Source: Candidatus Sulfomarinibacteraceae bacterium (GTDB lineage: Bacteria; Acidobacteriota; Thermoanaerobaculia; Thermoanaerobaculales; Sulfomarinibacteraceae). Taken from it: a stretch of DNA of 64,000 bases. Below the pieces are notes generated by a model. It had not been told where the DNA came from. It saw only the letters and a program-made list of their open reading frames with translations, and did no database searches. A program made the translations under genes and the position numbers. This document shows, one piece after another, positions 17,086 through 26,767 of the stretch (the stretch's first letter is position 1; each line of letters begins with the position of its first letter). Location: positions 112,758 to 176,757 of the forward strand of contig CAVTEP010000004.1 in the NCBI GenBank assembly GCA_963733915.1, in the 5' to 3' direction.

Positions 17086-18294
17086 GTGCCGTCGCTCTTG
17101 ACCTCGCTCTACGCCTCCTCACACGGCATCTATGACATCCCGCACAAGATTCCGGCATCGGTCACCACCATGACCGAGGTCTTTCGCGATGCAGGCTACG
17201 CGACCTTTCACACATCGTCGGTCCTCTTCTCGGGTAAGAACAGCAATCTTCAACAGGGAGTCGAGGTCCTCCACGAGCGCGAGTCCATCGACGAGCTCGG
17301 CGAGTACCAGTCAAAAACCTCACGCACCTACGTTGACCGGTTGTTGCCGTGGCTCGAGGACCACAGCGAAGAGCCCTTCTTCGTCTTCCTGCACGTCTTC
17401 GATCCCCACAGCCCGTTCCGTCCCATGCACCCCCATGACACGCGCTGGATAGCCGGCGACGCGGTCGCCGAGCACGAGAAACACCTCGAAAAGGTCAACG
17501 ACATCGTCAAGGTCTTTCACCACCTGCCGAGCGCCGAGCAGCTCGCCGAGGCCGAGGTCGACGCCGATGTCTTCCTCAGAGCCGAGAAGGCGTGGTACGA
17601 CGGCTCGATCCGGGCCATGGACTATGAGATCGCCCGCCTCCTCGAGCGTCTCGAAGAGCTCGGTCTCCGTGACGACACCCTGATCGCGTTCGTCGCCGAC
17701 CACGGCGAGGAGTTTCTCGAGCATGGCAACCACTGGCATGGCCACTCCGCCTACGGCGAGCTGGTCAACGTGCCGATGTTCGTGACCTGGCCGGGTGTGG
17801 TGCCGCCGGGTCTGGTGATCGACCGGACCACCCAGTCCATCGACCTCATGCCGACCTTGCTCGAGCTGGCGCAGCTGCCCGTGCCCGAGATGGCGCAGGG
17901 CGAGAGCCTGCTGTCGTTGATGGCGGCGCCCGATGATCCCGCGACACTCGGTTGGAACCGGCGCGCGGTCTTCACCGAACGCCGGAACCCGCCCTTCGAG
18001 GCTACAGAGGGGACGGCGGACTCCTTCGCCGTCATAGCCGACGGATGGAAGCTGATCTGGAACGTGGTCGTGCGCGACGACCGGCCGGAGATGGAGCTCT
18101 TCGACCACCTCGGCGATCCGCTCGACCGGGTCAACATCGCCGACCAGCATCCCGAAGTCGTTGCCGACCTCCGGCTCGAGCTCGAGCGCTGGCGTGAGAT
18201 GACCGAGGCCGAAAAGGTGAGCGCCGATGGCGAGGGCGCCGAGATCGACCCCGAGGAGCTCGAACAGCTCCGCGCGCTCGGGTATGCCGACTGA
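17086..18294 (+). CDS. Sulfatase-fold (alkaline-phosphatase superfamily) hydrolase domain, continuation of the previous gene
   Basis: This frame is open from 16882 and encodes GVIVIVADTLRSDHLEAWGYERPTAPTLAALATEGTRFADN upstream of the track start. Motifs FLHVFDPHSPF and ADHGEEFLEHGNHWHGHS. The position of the usual CxPxR formylglycine motif reads TKIAV. Confidence 0.75.
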   Translation: MPSLLTSLYASSHGIYDIPHKIPASVTTMTEVFRDAGYATFHTSSVLFSGKNSNLQQGVEVLHERESIDELGEYQSKTSRTYVDRLLPWLEDHSEEPFFVFLHVFDPHSPFRPMHPHDTRWIAGDAVAEHEKHLEKVNDIVKVFHHLPSAEQLAEAEVDADVFLRAEKAWYDGSIRAMDYEIARLLERLEELGLRDDTLIAFVADHGEEFLEHGNHWHGHSAYGELVNVPMFVTWPGVVPPGLVIDRTTQSIDLMPTLLELAQLPVPEMAQGESLLSLMAAPDDPATLGWNRRAVFTERRNPPFEATEGTADSFAVIADGWKLIWNVVVRDDRPEMELFDHLGDPLDRVNIADQHPEVVADLRLELERWREMTEAEKVSADGEGAEIDPEELEQLRALGYAD

Positions 18295-18329
18295 AATGAC
18301 GACGGGCTACCCTCGGCAGCCCAGTCGGA

Positions 18330-18535
<206 letters not shown>

Positions 18536-18685
18536 TCCCCCACCCCCTCCTCTGGTCTGTGGTTCCGTTCGATAGAAGGGTTGGAGGGGCAGGGGCAGCA
18601 GCAGGTACAGCGACCGGGGCAGCAGACCGCGTCAGGGGCAGTCCACAGGGGCAGCACCCGGACGGACCGGCGCGGAGACCTTCGA

Positions 18686-19060
18686 TCAGGCCTTTGGGTT
18701 GAGCAAACGCCAGGTGATGGCGCGGACTTGATCGAAGGTATCGAGCACGGTCGTGGCGCTTCGTCCATCAACGACACCAGCCTGAACCAGGAGGCGAAGG
18801 TGGCTGTCGACCTCCTTGGCTGAGCCGTAGGCGATCCTCCAGAAGTGCTGCCGGTCCCTCCCGGTCCGGCCGTGCCCTTCCGCCAAGTTGGCGGGGACCG
18901 AGCTTGCCGACCGGATCACCTGATCGGCGATCGATTTCAAAGGGGCCGGAACCCTCATCACAAGCTTGATCGCAATGCCAGCCGCGTCAAGGGCTTTCGA
19001 GTGGGCAACGAGGTTGGGTTTCGTGAGCGCGTCGGTCATGTTCACCTCCAGGTTGTTCAT
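18686..19060 (-). CDS. Four-helix-bundle protein (23S rRNA-intervening-sequence / S23 ribosomal protein family)
   Basis: QVIRSASSVPANLAEGHGRTGRDRQHFWRIAYGSAKEVDSHLRL matches the family signature (R-A-x-S-I/V-x-x-N-I/L-A-E-G ... GS-x-x-E). Start at MNNLEV (19060), or alternatively MTDALT (19039). Confidence 0.75.
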   Translation of the reverse strand: MNNLEVNMTDALTKPNLVAHSKALDAAGIAIKLVMRVPAPLKSIADQVIRSASSVPANLAEGHGRTGRDRQHFWRIAYGSAKEVDSHLRLLVQAGVVDGRSATTVLDTFDQVRAITWRLLNPKA

Positions 19061-19475
19061 GCCCTTCCCCGAGCCGGTGAGGCGGCCGATGTCAGGGGTG
19101 CGAAGCACCGGGCCCCTGGCCCGGCTTGCCCTTGACATCGTCCGACCACCGGCTACTTCTCGCACTGAACGACCCGGAGGTGAACATGCCGTCGTCACGA
19201 CCCGTGCTCGCTGCCCCGGCCGCTGCCGCGGACGCTGTTCACTGCCCCTGCGGTCGGTCGCTGTTCCTGTCGCTGCACATGCCAATCGGAACTTCCGAAA
19301 CCCGATCCCATCAAATTCCGGATGAGCCGAACGTTCCAGGACAATACCTGACGAGCCAACCGGCGAAAAGCGCTGCGCCCGCGGCACGATCCCGGCGCAC
19401 AGGGTACAATCGGGCGGTCAGCCCGAAGAGGCGTCACAGTATCCAGCCCGAACAGTATCGTCAGGGAGGTCGAGG

Positions 19476-21011
19476 TTGCAGCTCGTCAGCGTGTCGCGGG
19501 GCGAACAGGAGCGGGGCAAGATCTTCGCGCGGACCCTTGCTCAAAAGCTCGCGTTTCAGTGCCTCAGCCAGGAGGACCTGGCCGAGCTCGCAATCCAGGA
19601 AGGCATCGCCGTCGGCAAGCTCGAGACGGCTGTCGTCAAGAAACGTCATCTGACGGAGCGGCAGGCCCTCGAAAAGGAGCACTACCTCGCCTTCATCACG
19701 AAGGTGCTGTGTGAGCGCGCACGCGAAAGCAACCTGGTCTTTCACGGGCGCGCCGGTCACCTGGCCGTGCCGGGTCTGACGCACGTGCTTCGGATTCGAA
19801 CCCAGATCGAAACCGAGACCCACATCGAGGAGGTCATGCAAAGGCTGTCCCTCGAGCGGGACAAGGCCCGCGAGTATGTCGAGAAGGTGGACGAGGACAT
19901 CACCCGTTGGGTGCGGACGATGTACAGCATCAGCGGCGACCCGTGGGCGGGCTACGACCTGGCCCTCAATCTCGATCGGGTCGACGTTGGTGGCGCCACC
20001 ACGACTCTTTGCGGATTCGTCCAGCTGCCGGAGTTTCAGACGACGCCGGCAACCGACAACGTCCTCGACAATCTGTTGCTGGCGGCCCGGGTTCGGATTG
20101 CCCTTGCGCGGGACGAACGCACCTGGGCGGCGAGCTTCTCGGTGCGATCGGACGCCGGCCACGTGACAATATCCTACCTTCCTCACGACATGGCCGTCGG
20201 CGTCAGGGCGCCGGATGTCGTGGAAAAACTGAGCGGTGTCAAGGACCTCACCTGCTCCGTGGCATCGAGCAACATCCTGTGGGTCCAGGAGCGCTTCGAG
20301 GCCGCGGGTCCCACCTTCGATGCAGTCGTCAAGGCTGCCCACCACTGGCACTCCGCGGTCGAGCTGATGAAGGTCATTCCCGTGACTGCCGGGTCATCTG
20401 CTGTGGAGGCGGTGGCCCGCGACCTGAATGAAAAAGCTGGCAAGCCGGCGCCGTTGTTTACCGCCCGCCAGGTCGACGGCGGTATCGAGGCTGACCTGCA
20501 GAGTCCACCGGGTGGAGCCGAGGTCGACCGCGACCTGAGAAGGATGTTTGGCGAACTCAATTCTCGCGGGATCGCGGGCAGCGCGAGCCGGTTGCCGGCC
20601 GACATGAAGAGAATCCGTTCCGCCGTCAATCGATCCACCCCCTACAGCCTGGTGGTTGTCGACGAGGTGTTTATGGACCAGGCGCCCGCCACCCGCACGC
20701 GCAGGACTCGAGAGCTGGTGGGGCGCCTCGGAGAGGTCATCCAGGCGCCGGTGGTCAGTGCCGAAGATCTCGGCCAGCTGTTGCAAACGAGCCGATCCGT
20801 CTATCTGAGGATGGCTGCACTGGCGCTGGTCGTCGTAGGTGTCATGCTCTTGGTGTTCAACTACCAGAAAGAGGTGCTCGAGTTTTTTGCACCGGCGTCC
20901 GCTGCGGCAAAGATCGTCGCCTCCGTCGTCCTGCTGCTGGTGGTGCCGGTCTTTGCCGTGATTTACGGCACCCTGACGACGTCGGTGTTGAAATTGTTCC
21001 ACGTGGAGTGA
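19476..21011 (+). CDS. Cytidylate-kinase-like family protein with C-terminal transmembrane anchor
   Basis: TTG start after GGGAGG. The N-terminal ~180 aa resemble the cytidylate kinase-like (Cytidylate_kin2) family, with a degenerate P-loop (SRGEQERGK). Two C-terminal TM helices. Confidence 0.5.
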   Translation: MQLVSVSRGEQERGKIFARTLAQKLAFQCLSQEDLAELAIQEGIAVGKLETAVVKKRHLTERQALEKEHYLAFITKVLCERARESNLVFHGRAGHLAVPGLTHVLRIRTQIETETHIEEVMQRLSLERDKAREYVEKVDEDITRWVRTMYSISGDPWAGYDLALNLDRVDVGGATTTLCGFVQLPEFQTTPATDNVLDNLLLAARVRIALARDERTWAASFSVRSDAGHVTISYLPHDMAVGVRAPDVVEKLSGVKDLTCSVASSNILWVQERFEAAGPTFDAVVKAAHHWHSAVELMKVIPVTAGSSAVEAVARDLNEKAGKPAPLFTARQVDGGIEADLQSPPGGAEVDRDLRRMFGELNSRGIAGSASRLPADMKRIRSAVNRSTPYSLVVVDEVFMDQAPATRTRRTRELVGRLGEVIQAPVVSAEDLGQLLQTSRSVYLRMAALALVVVGVMLLVFNYQKEVLEFFAPASAAAKIVASVVLLLVVPVFAVIYGTLTTSVLKLFHVE

Positions 21012-21018
21012 TGTCCTC

Positions 21019-22107
21019 ATGCCAACAATGATCTTCGGAGACTTCATCACGCTGGACCTCGGTACTGCACTGCAGGTGGTCTTGCTGGGTTTTATCGGCG
21101 GCGTATTGAGCGGGTTCATCGGCAGCGGCGGTGCCTTTTTCATGACCCCAGGCATGATGAACCTCGGCATTCCCGGCGTCATCGCCGTCGGCAGCAACAT
21201 CACTCACAAGTTTGGCAAGGCGCTGATGGGATCGCGCAAACACGGCGAGCTCGGCAACGTCGACAAGAAACTCGGTATCTTCCTGCTCGCGACCTCGTTT
21301 GTCGGCATCCGGCTTGCGGTGTGGATCAACAGCACGCTCTTCGGGGTCGCTGACAGCCACGGCGCCAAGGGAGCGGCGGCGGACCTCTACATCAGCCTGG
21401 TCTTCGTCTGCATTTTGTCGGCGGTGGCCATCTCGATGCTGCGCGACGTTGCGACCTCCCGCAAGGACGAGGGGCCGTCGCGCAGGATCGCCGAGGCTCT
21501 GGGCAGGATGCGTCTGTTTCCGGTGATCGAGTTTCCGGTCGCCGACGTCAAGGTCTCGTTGTGGGTGCTCGCGCTTGTCGGTCTCGCGACCGGTTACCTG
21601 GCGGGCACCATCGGCGTCGGTGGTTTTGTCGGCGTCCCAGCCATGATCTACGTCTTCGGGGTGCCGACCGCCGTGGCCGCCGGCACCGAGCTCTTTCTCG
21701 CCATGTTCATGGGGGCGTTCGGCGCTCTCAACTATGTCATCGCTGGTTTCGTCGACCTGCGGCTTGTGCTGCTGCTCTACCTCGGCTCGCTGATCGGTAT
21801 CTACCTCGGCGTCTATGGGACCAAGTTCGTCAAGGAAGTCGTCATCCGGTTGGTAACGAGCGTGGTCATCCTGCTGTGCGTGGTGTCGCGCGGCATCGCC
21901 ATCCCGGTTTACCTGCGTCAGCTCGGGTTCGTCGCTTTCGATGAAGCCTGGGTCGGGTGGTTGCACCTGCTCAGCAAGGGAATGTTGTTCCTGGCGGGTG
22001 TCTCCGGGGTCGCGGTCATTCTCGTCAACGTGATCAAGGCGTATCGCAGGCGGGAATCAATTCGAAGAAGCCTCGCGGAATCGGCGGGTCTGTCGGAGAA
22101 GTTCTAG
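21019..22107 (+). CDS. TauE/SafE (TSUP) family anion-exporter-like membrane protein
   Basis: Polytopic, with the repeated GxGGxxxxP motifs typical of TSUP (GSGGAFFMTPGM; GVGGFVGVPAM). Confidence 0.8.
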   Translation: MPTMIFGDFITLDLGTALQVVLLGFIGGVLSGFIGSGGAFFMTPGMMNLGIPGVIAVGSNITHKFGKALMGSRKHGELGNVDKKLGIFLLATSFVGIRLAVWINSTLFGVADSHGAKGAAADLYISLVFVCILSAVAISMLRDVATSRKDEGPSRRIAEALGRMRLFPVIEFPVADVKVSLWVLALVGLATGYLAGTIGVGGFVGVPAMIYVFGVPTAVAAGTELFLAMFMGAFGALNYVIAGFVDLRLVLLLYLGSLIGIYLGVYGTKFVKEVVIRLVTSVVILLCVVSRGIAIPVYLRQLGFVAFDEAWVGWLHLLSKGMLFLAGVSGVAVILVNVIKAYRRRESIRRSLAESAGLSEKF

Positions 22108-22117
22108 GAGCCGGGCA

Positions 22118-22498
22118 ATGAGTGATCACAACATCCAGATCATGGTGCTTGACGACGAGGAGATCGTCGGCAAGCGGCTCAAGACTGCACTCGCAAAATC
22201 GAACTACGACGTGGAAATCTTCCACGACAGCCGGCAGGCGGTCGAGCGAATTGCTGAAAAGGAGTTCGACATCGTCGTGACCGACGTGCGGATGGACGAG
22301 ATCGGCGGCATGGAGGTCCTCGAGCGCGTGCTCGAGCATTCGGCTCGCACCAAGGTCATCATCATCACCGGTTACGCCACCGTCGAAGTGGCTCGCGAGG
22401 CCCTCACGCGCGGTGCCTTTGACTTCATCGCCAAGCCGTTCAAGCCCGATGATCTGCGCAAGGTCATCACCAAAGCTGTCAAGGAGCTGGAACGCTGA
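22118..22498 (+). CDS. Single-domain response regulator (CheY-like receiver)
   Basis: IMVLDDEE ... DIVVTDVRMDE ... AFDFIAKPF. Confidence 0.9.
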   Translation: MSDHNIQIMVLDDEEIVGKRLKTALAKSNYDVEIFHDSRQAVERIAEKEFDIVVTDVRMDEIGGMEVLERVLEHSARTKVIIITGYATVEVAREALTRGAFDFIAKPFKPDDLRKVITKAVKELER

Positions 22499-22543
22499 AA
22501 GGCCGTTGGGCCGTGAGCCCGCGCCGCCGCGGACTGGAGGATC

Positions 22544-24082
22544 ATGACCGAATCGGGAGGGCCGCCGGATCCGGCGTTTGGCGCGCTTGACCTCGTCAAG
22601 CGCGAGAGGTTGACGACCACCGAGGCCGAGAAGACTCTGCTCGCCCGTCCCAATTTCAGCATCCGCCGCCGGCTTGCCACCATGTTCATACTCTTCGCGG
22701 TCGGTTCAATCGCCATCACCGCCATTATGTGGTACCTGCTGACCCTCACCGAAAAAAAGATTGGGCTCATCGGAGTCGCGGACCAACTCAATTACGAAAT
22801 CCTCCAGGTCCGCCGCTTCGAGAAGAACTTCCTGCTCTATGGTGGTGATCTCGAGCACGTGGATTATCATATTGCCGCCGCCGAAGCCGCCTTGGAGAGC
22901 TCATCGTCGGAGCTCAACGACTTGGTCAGCAGCGAATGCCTCGAGTTTCTCGAGGTCAATCTGTGGCACTACCAGGAGCTCATAGGCCAGGCACGCAAGA
23001 TTGACCTGTCACAAAACCCCGCTGCGGTGAAGACCCGTGAAGAGATCTTTCATCGTCTCCGTAACACCGGCTCGGACCTCGTTTCGTGTGGACAGACGAT
23101 TGCCGACCTGGAACGAGAAAACGTTCGTTCATTGCTCCGCGTTTCCAGTCTGATTCCAGCGGTCTACCTGCTCCTGGTGGTCGCGTTGTCGGTCTACGCG
23201 GCCATCTTCATGCGACGGCACCTGATGCGGCGCCTCGAGCTCTTGATGGGCGCTGCTCGACGAATCGGGGAGGGTGATTTTTCACCGATCGTACCGGTCA
23301 GAAGAACCCGTGACGAATTCACCGACCTCGCCATCGCCATCAACCGGATGACCCGCGAGCTCGAGCGTCGCGAGGAGTTCCTGCTGCAGTCGCAAAAGCT
23401 CCGCGCCGTCGGCTCGCTGACGGCCGGTATCGCGCACGAGATCAACAACCCCCTCAACAACATCATGCTCACCGCGGCCGTGCTTCAAGAGGACTTCCAA
23501 GGCATGCCCGAAGACGAGCAGCAGGAGCTGATCGAGGACATCGTGGAGCAGACCGACCGCGCCCGCAGAATTGTCCGCAATCTCCTCGATTTCGCTCGCG
23601 AGAGTGAGATCAAGACCAAAGCGCTCAGACTTGACGAGGTCGTCGGTGACGCCGTCAATCTTTCCGCCAACGAGCTCAAGTTGGCGGGCGTCCGGCTGGT
23701 TCGTGATCTCGCCGAAGACCTACCGGAGGTCAACGGCGACCACCAGTACCTGAGCCAGGTTTTTGTCAACCTCATCCTCAACGCAGTCGAGGCGATGCGA
23801 GGCGGGGGCACGCTCACCCTGAGCAGCGATGTCAGCCTCGACACCGGCTGCGTCGCCATTCACATTGCCGACACCGGTCCGGGGATTCCTCCTGATGTAC
23901 TCAAGTCCATATTCGACCCGTTCTTCACCACCAGAACGAGCGGCCGCGGTACCGGTCTCGGTCTGTCGGTGTCCCTCGGCATCATCCAAAAGCACGGCGG
24001 CGAGATCCGGGTCGAATCGACGGTGGGCGAGGGCAGCACGTTCACTGTGATCCTACCCGCCTCACAGCAACCCGTTGGCTGA
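22544..24082 (+). CDS. Sensor histidine kinase (2 TM, HAMP, HisKA, HATPase_c)
   Basis: H-box GIAHEINNPL, N-box LILNAVEAM, G-boxes DTGPGI and GTGLGLSV. Confidence 0.9.
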   Translation: MTESGGPPDPAFGALDLVKRERLTTTEAEKTLLARPNFSIRRRLATMFILFAVGSIAITAIMWYLLTLTEKKIGLIGVADQLNYEILQVRRFEKNFLLYGGDLEHVDYHIAAAEAALESSSSELNDLVSSECLEFLEVNLWHYQELIGQARKIDLSQNPAAVKTREEIFHRLRNTGSDLVSCGQTIADLERENVRSLLRVSSLIPAVYLLLVVALSVYAAIFMRRHLMRRLELLMGAARRIGEGDFSPIVPVRRTRDEFTDLAIAINRMTRELERREEFLLQSQKLRAVGSLTAGIAHEINNPLNNIMLTAAVLQEDFQGMPEDEQQELIEDIVEQTDRARRIVRNLLDFARESEIKTKALRLDEVVGDAVNLSANELKLAGVRLVRDLAEDLPEVNGDHQYLSQVFVNLILNAVEAMRGGGTLTLSSDVSLDTGCVAIHIADTGPGIPPDVLKSIFDPFFTTRTSGRGTGLGLSVSLGIIQKHGGEIRVESTVGEGSTFTVILPASQQPVG

Positions 24083-24113
24083 CCAGCCGTCATCCTGAAC
24101 GAGAAGCGGTACG

Positions 24114-24192
24114 AAATTGTGGTGCGGGCGTTTCGCCCGCACATCTTCGATGGCTGTGGAATCGTGCGGGCGAGATGCCCGCACCACAAACG
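24114..24192. repeat. REP-like hairpin pair (TTGTGGTGCGGGCG-TTT-CGCCCGCAC ... GTGCGGGCG-AGAT-GCCCGCACCACAA)
   Basis: Two GC hairpins in inverted orientation between convergent genes. Confidence 0.8.
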
Positions 24193-24259
24193 AGAGGACC
24201 GATTTTCGATGTGTTCGTTGCGCTCGCTCAGGATGGCGGGCGACCCGGGCGAATCAGGG

Positions 24260-25249
24260 TCACTTCTCTTTCACGAGCGCGTACAAATCGTGGTCGGCAT
24301 CGAATCCCTCGACCGTGTGCCGGCCCAGCTCCTTGAACTTGAAACCGTCGCCCGCCATCTGGCGAGTGATCGGGCACACGATGATCGGTCCGGTGTCCTT
24401 GTTCGCGAGCTTCTCGATGCGGAACGCGAGCACCACCGACTCGCCAACCATTGACAGCCCGAGCGCACCGTCGCTCCCATAGCCGGAGATGGTCACCAGA
24501 CCCGTGCAGAGGGCGAAGTCCATGCCGAGCGGAAAACCGGCCACGTTCCACACCAGCGGGTCCGCTCCCAGCTTGGCAACCAGGCTCTTCAGGCGCAGGG
24601 CTGCTCGACAGGCCTGGCTGGCGTGACAGTCGTTCGAACTCTTTTCCCAAAAGGCGAACAACGCGTCGCCCTGAAACTCCTTGAGCGTTCCGCCGAGATC
24701 CCGAACCTCGTGCTCCAGGCGTCCGAAGACGCGATTGACCGAATCCTGGAGCCCGGTTTGGTCGGCCATTTGGACCATCGAGGTGTAGTTGCGAATATCT
24801 CCCACCAGGAGGGTGACCACGGTCGAGTCGGCGACGCCGAAGGTGTCCGTCGAGGTCGACTCGGTACCTGAGCCCACCGGGGGGTGGCCATCCAACCGCA
24901 GGTTCAGCACCTTGCCGATCGAAAGCACCTGGCCCGGAGACATCTCGGTCCGGAGGTTCGGCGACAGCCGGCGCCCGTCGAGCCGGGTGCCGTTGCGGCT
25001 CACGTCGCGTACATAGCAGCGGCCGTCCGGCTCCTGGGTGATGACGCAGTGGCGGGAGGAAACCGTAGGGTCGTTGACGAGCAGGAATCCCGGGAGCTTG
25101 CGGCTCTCTTTGTAGCGCCCGATCTCGATCCGGTCGAAAAAGAGGAAGACTTCGTTTTGGCCCGAGCCGCTGTCGGCGACCAACCACTTCCCCGGGTACT
25201 CGGGCACCGCTGGCGGGACGTAGTGGGTGATCGACTTGTCGTCAGCCAT
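24260..25249 (-). CDS. FHA-domain-containing adenylate/guanylate cyclase
   Basis: FHA (FDRIEIGRY ... VSSRHCVI ... YVRDVSRNGTRLDG) followed by a class III cyclase domain (VVTLLVGDIRNYT ... FQGDALFAFW). Start ATG is the complement of 25247-25249. Confidence 0.85.
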   Translation of the reverse strand: MADDKSITHYVPPAVPEYPGKWLVADSGSGQNEVFLFFDRIEIGRYKESRKLPGFLLVNDPTVSSRHCVITQEPDGRCYVRDVSRNGTRLDGRRLSPNLRTEMSPGQVLSIGKVLNLRLDGHPPVGSGTESTSTDTFGVADSTVVTLLVGDIRNYTSMVQMADQTGLQDSVNRVFGRLEHEVRDLGGTLKEFQGDALFAFWEKSSNDCHASQACRAALRLKSLVAKLGADPLVWNVAGFPLGMDFALCTGLVTISGYGSDGALGLSMVGESVVLAFRIEKLANKDTGPIIVCPITRQMAGDGFKFKELGRHTVEGFDADHDLYALVKEK

Positions 25250-25491
25250 GAGAGACCCCCCGCCGGTTATCGACACGGCCTTCCCCGTGGCCGGCCGCAG
25301 CCACGAACCGGCAACGCCGATCTGGAGAATCATTCATCAGATGCATGCTCACTAACCCCTAATGTGCGCCGGAGAGCCGTTATTCCTCATGGCGAAGCAT
25401 CGTTGTCTGGTGCCTCGAGCGCCGAAGCCCCCTGAGGCAGGAATATCTCGACTGCTGCACCTGATTTTGTAGAAAAAGAGGAGATTCGAAA

Positions 25492-26145
25492 ATGGCGACC
25501 AAGAAAGTCGGTGTCATCGGATCGGGGATCGTTGGTCAGGTGTTGGCAGCAGGTTTCGCCAAACACGGCTTCGAGACCATGATCGCCAGCCGCAAACCGG
25601 AGAACCTCGCCGAGTGGGCGGCGGGAACGGTTCCGCCAGTTACGCCCGGCACTGTCGAGGAGACGTCCCGCCTCGCCGACATCGTCGTGCTCGCCGTCAA
25701 GGGGACCGCCGCCGGGGAGGCCGTGCGCCTCGCGGGGGCCGACTCGCTTGCCGGGAAGATTGTCATCGACGCCACCAACCCGATCGCCGATGCGCCGCCC
25801 GAGGGCGGCGTTCTCAAGTTTTTTACCGATCTCGATTCATCGCTGATGGAGCTCCTCCAGGACGCGGCACCGGAGGCCCGCTTCGTCAAGGCCTTCAGCT
25901 GCGTCGGAAATGCGCTCATGGTCAACCCGGACCTGCCCGGCGGGCCACCGACGATGTTCATCTGCGGCAACGATCGTGCAGCCAAGAAGGAAGTGGCGGG
26001 AATCCTCGATCTCTTTGGCTGGGAGGTCGAGGACATGGGCGGCGCCGAGGCTGCGCGTGCCATCGAGCCGCTCTGCATTCTGTGGTGCATCCCGGGCTTC
26101 CTTGACAACCGGTGGATGCACGCCTTCAAGCTGCTGAAGGTGTAG
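25492..26145 (+). CDS. NADP oxidoreductase, coenzyme F420-dependent-type (NAD(P)-binding Rossmann protein)
   Basis: VGVIGSGIVGQVLAAGFAKHGF Rossmann N-terminus; length and C-terminus are typical of the F420_oxidored family. Confidence 0.7.
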   Translation: MATKKVGVIGSGIVGQVLAAGFAKHGFETMIASRKPENLAEWAAGTVPPVTPGTVEETSRLADIVVLAVKGTAAGEAVRLAGADSLAGKIVIDATNPIADAPPEGGVLKFFTDLDSSLMELLQDAAPEARFVKAFSCVGNALMVNPDLPGGPPTMFICGNDRAAKKEVAGILDLFGWEVEDMGGAEAARAIEPLCILWCIPGFLDNRWMHAFKLLKV

Positions 26146-26182
26146 GCGCCGCCCACGCGGACCGTGCACACGGCACGACAAG

Positions 26183-26212
26183 AAAAAACCCCTCCGTGGG
26201 GGAGGGGTTTTT
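26183..26212. terminator. Bidirectional intrinsic terminator (AAAAAACCCCTCC-GTGGG-GGAGGGGTTTTT)
   Basis: 7-bp GC stem flanked by an A-tract and a T-tract, between convergent genes ending at 26145 and 26231. Confidence 0.8.
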
Positions 26213-26230
26213 GTTGATTTGTCTGTGTGT

Positions 26231-26569
26231 TTACCAGCCGCTGTCGTAACCGCCGCGATCACCGCCGCCGCCGCGACCACCGCCGCCTCCACGACCGCCA
26301 CGACCGCCGCCGCCGGAACGCTCGCGAGCCTGGGCGACATCCACGCGAATGGTGCGGCCGTCGAGCTCGGTGCCGTTCATCGCCGCGACTGCCTTGTCGG
26401 CCGCGTCGTCATCATTGAAGGTGACAAAGCCGAAGCCGCGGGAGCGGCCCGAGTCACGATCAGAGATCACGATCGCCTCGGTGATCTCTCCGTAGGGACT
26501 GAATGCGGCGTGGAGGCCGTCATTGTTCGTGTCCCAACTCAAACTTCCGACAAACAACTTCTTCGACAT
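26231..26569 (-). CDS. Glycine/arginine-rich RRM (RNP-1) RNA-binding protein, copy 1
   Basis: RNP-2 LFVGSL and RNP-1 RGFGFVTF, with an RGG tail. ATG is the complement of 26567-26569. The remainder of track ORF 26231-27775 is a spurious extension. Confidence 0.9.
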   Translation of the reverse strand: MSKKLFVGSLSWDTNNDGLHAAFSPYGEITEAIVISDRDSGRSRGFGFVTFNDDDAADKAVAAMNGTELDGRTIRVDVAQARERSGGGGRGGRGGGGGRGGGGDRGGYDSGW

Positions 26570-26715
26570 ATCTCTTCTCATCTCCCTGGGCACTGCCATT
26601 TCCTGGCGCCCCCGTTTCGCACACCGTGGTGGAACCTGCTTCCACCCGAACAGAAGCCAGCCCCAATGGCCGGCAACGGAAATCCGAACATAGCAAACAT
26701 CCAGATGCAATTCAA
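26570..26715 (-). promoter_or_regulatory. Conserved leader + promoter (TTGAAT-17-TATGTT) of RRM copy 1
   Basis: -10 is the complement of 26687-26692 and -35 the complement of 26710-26715. The leader contains the two conserved hairpins shared by all five copies. Confidence 0.6.
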
Positions 26716-26767
26716 TCGTGCCTGAGCTCAGGAGTCTGCCGAGAATGCTAACCTCGATATCGATACC

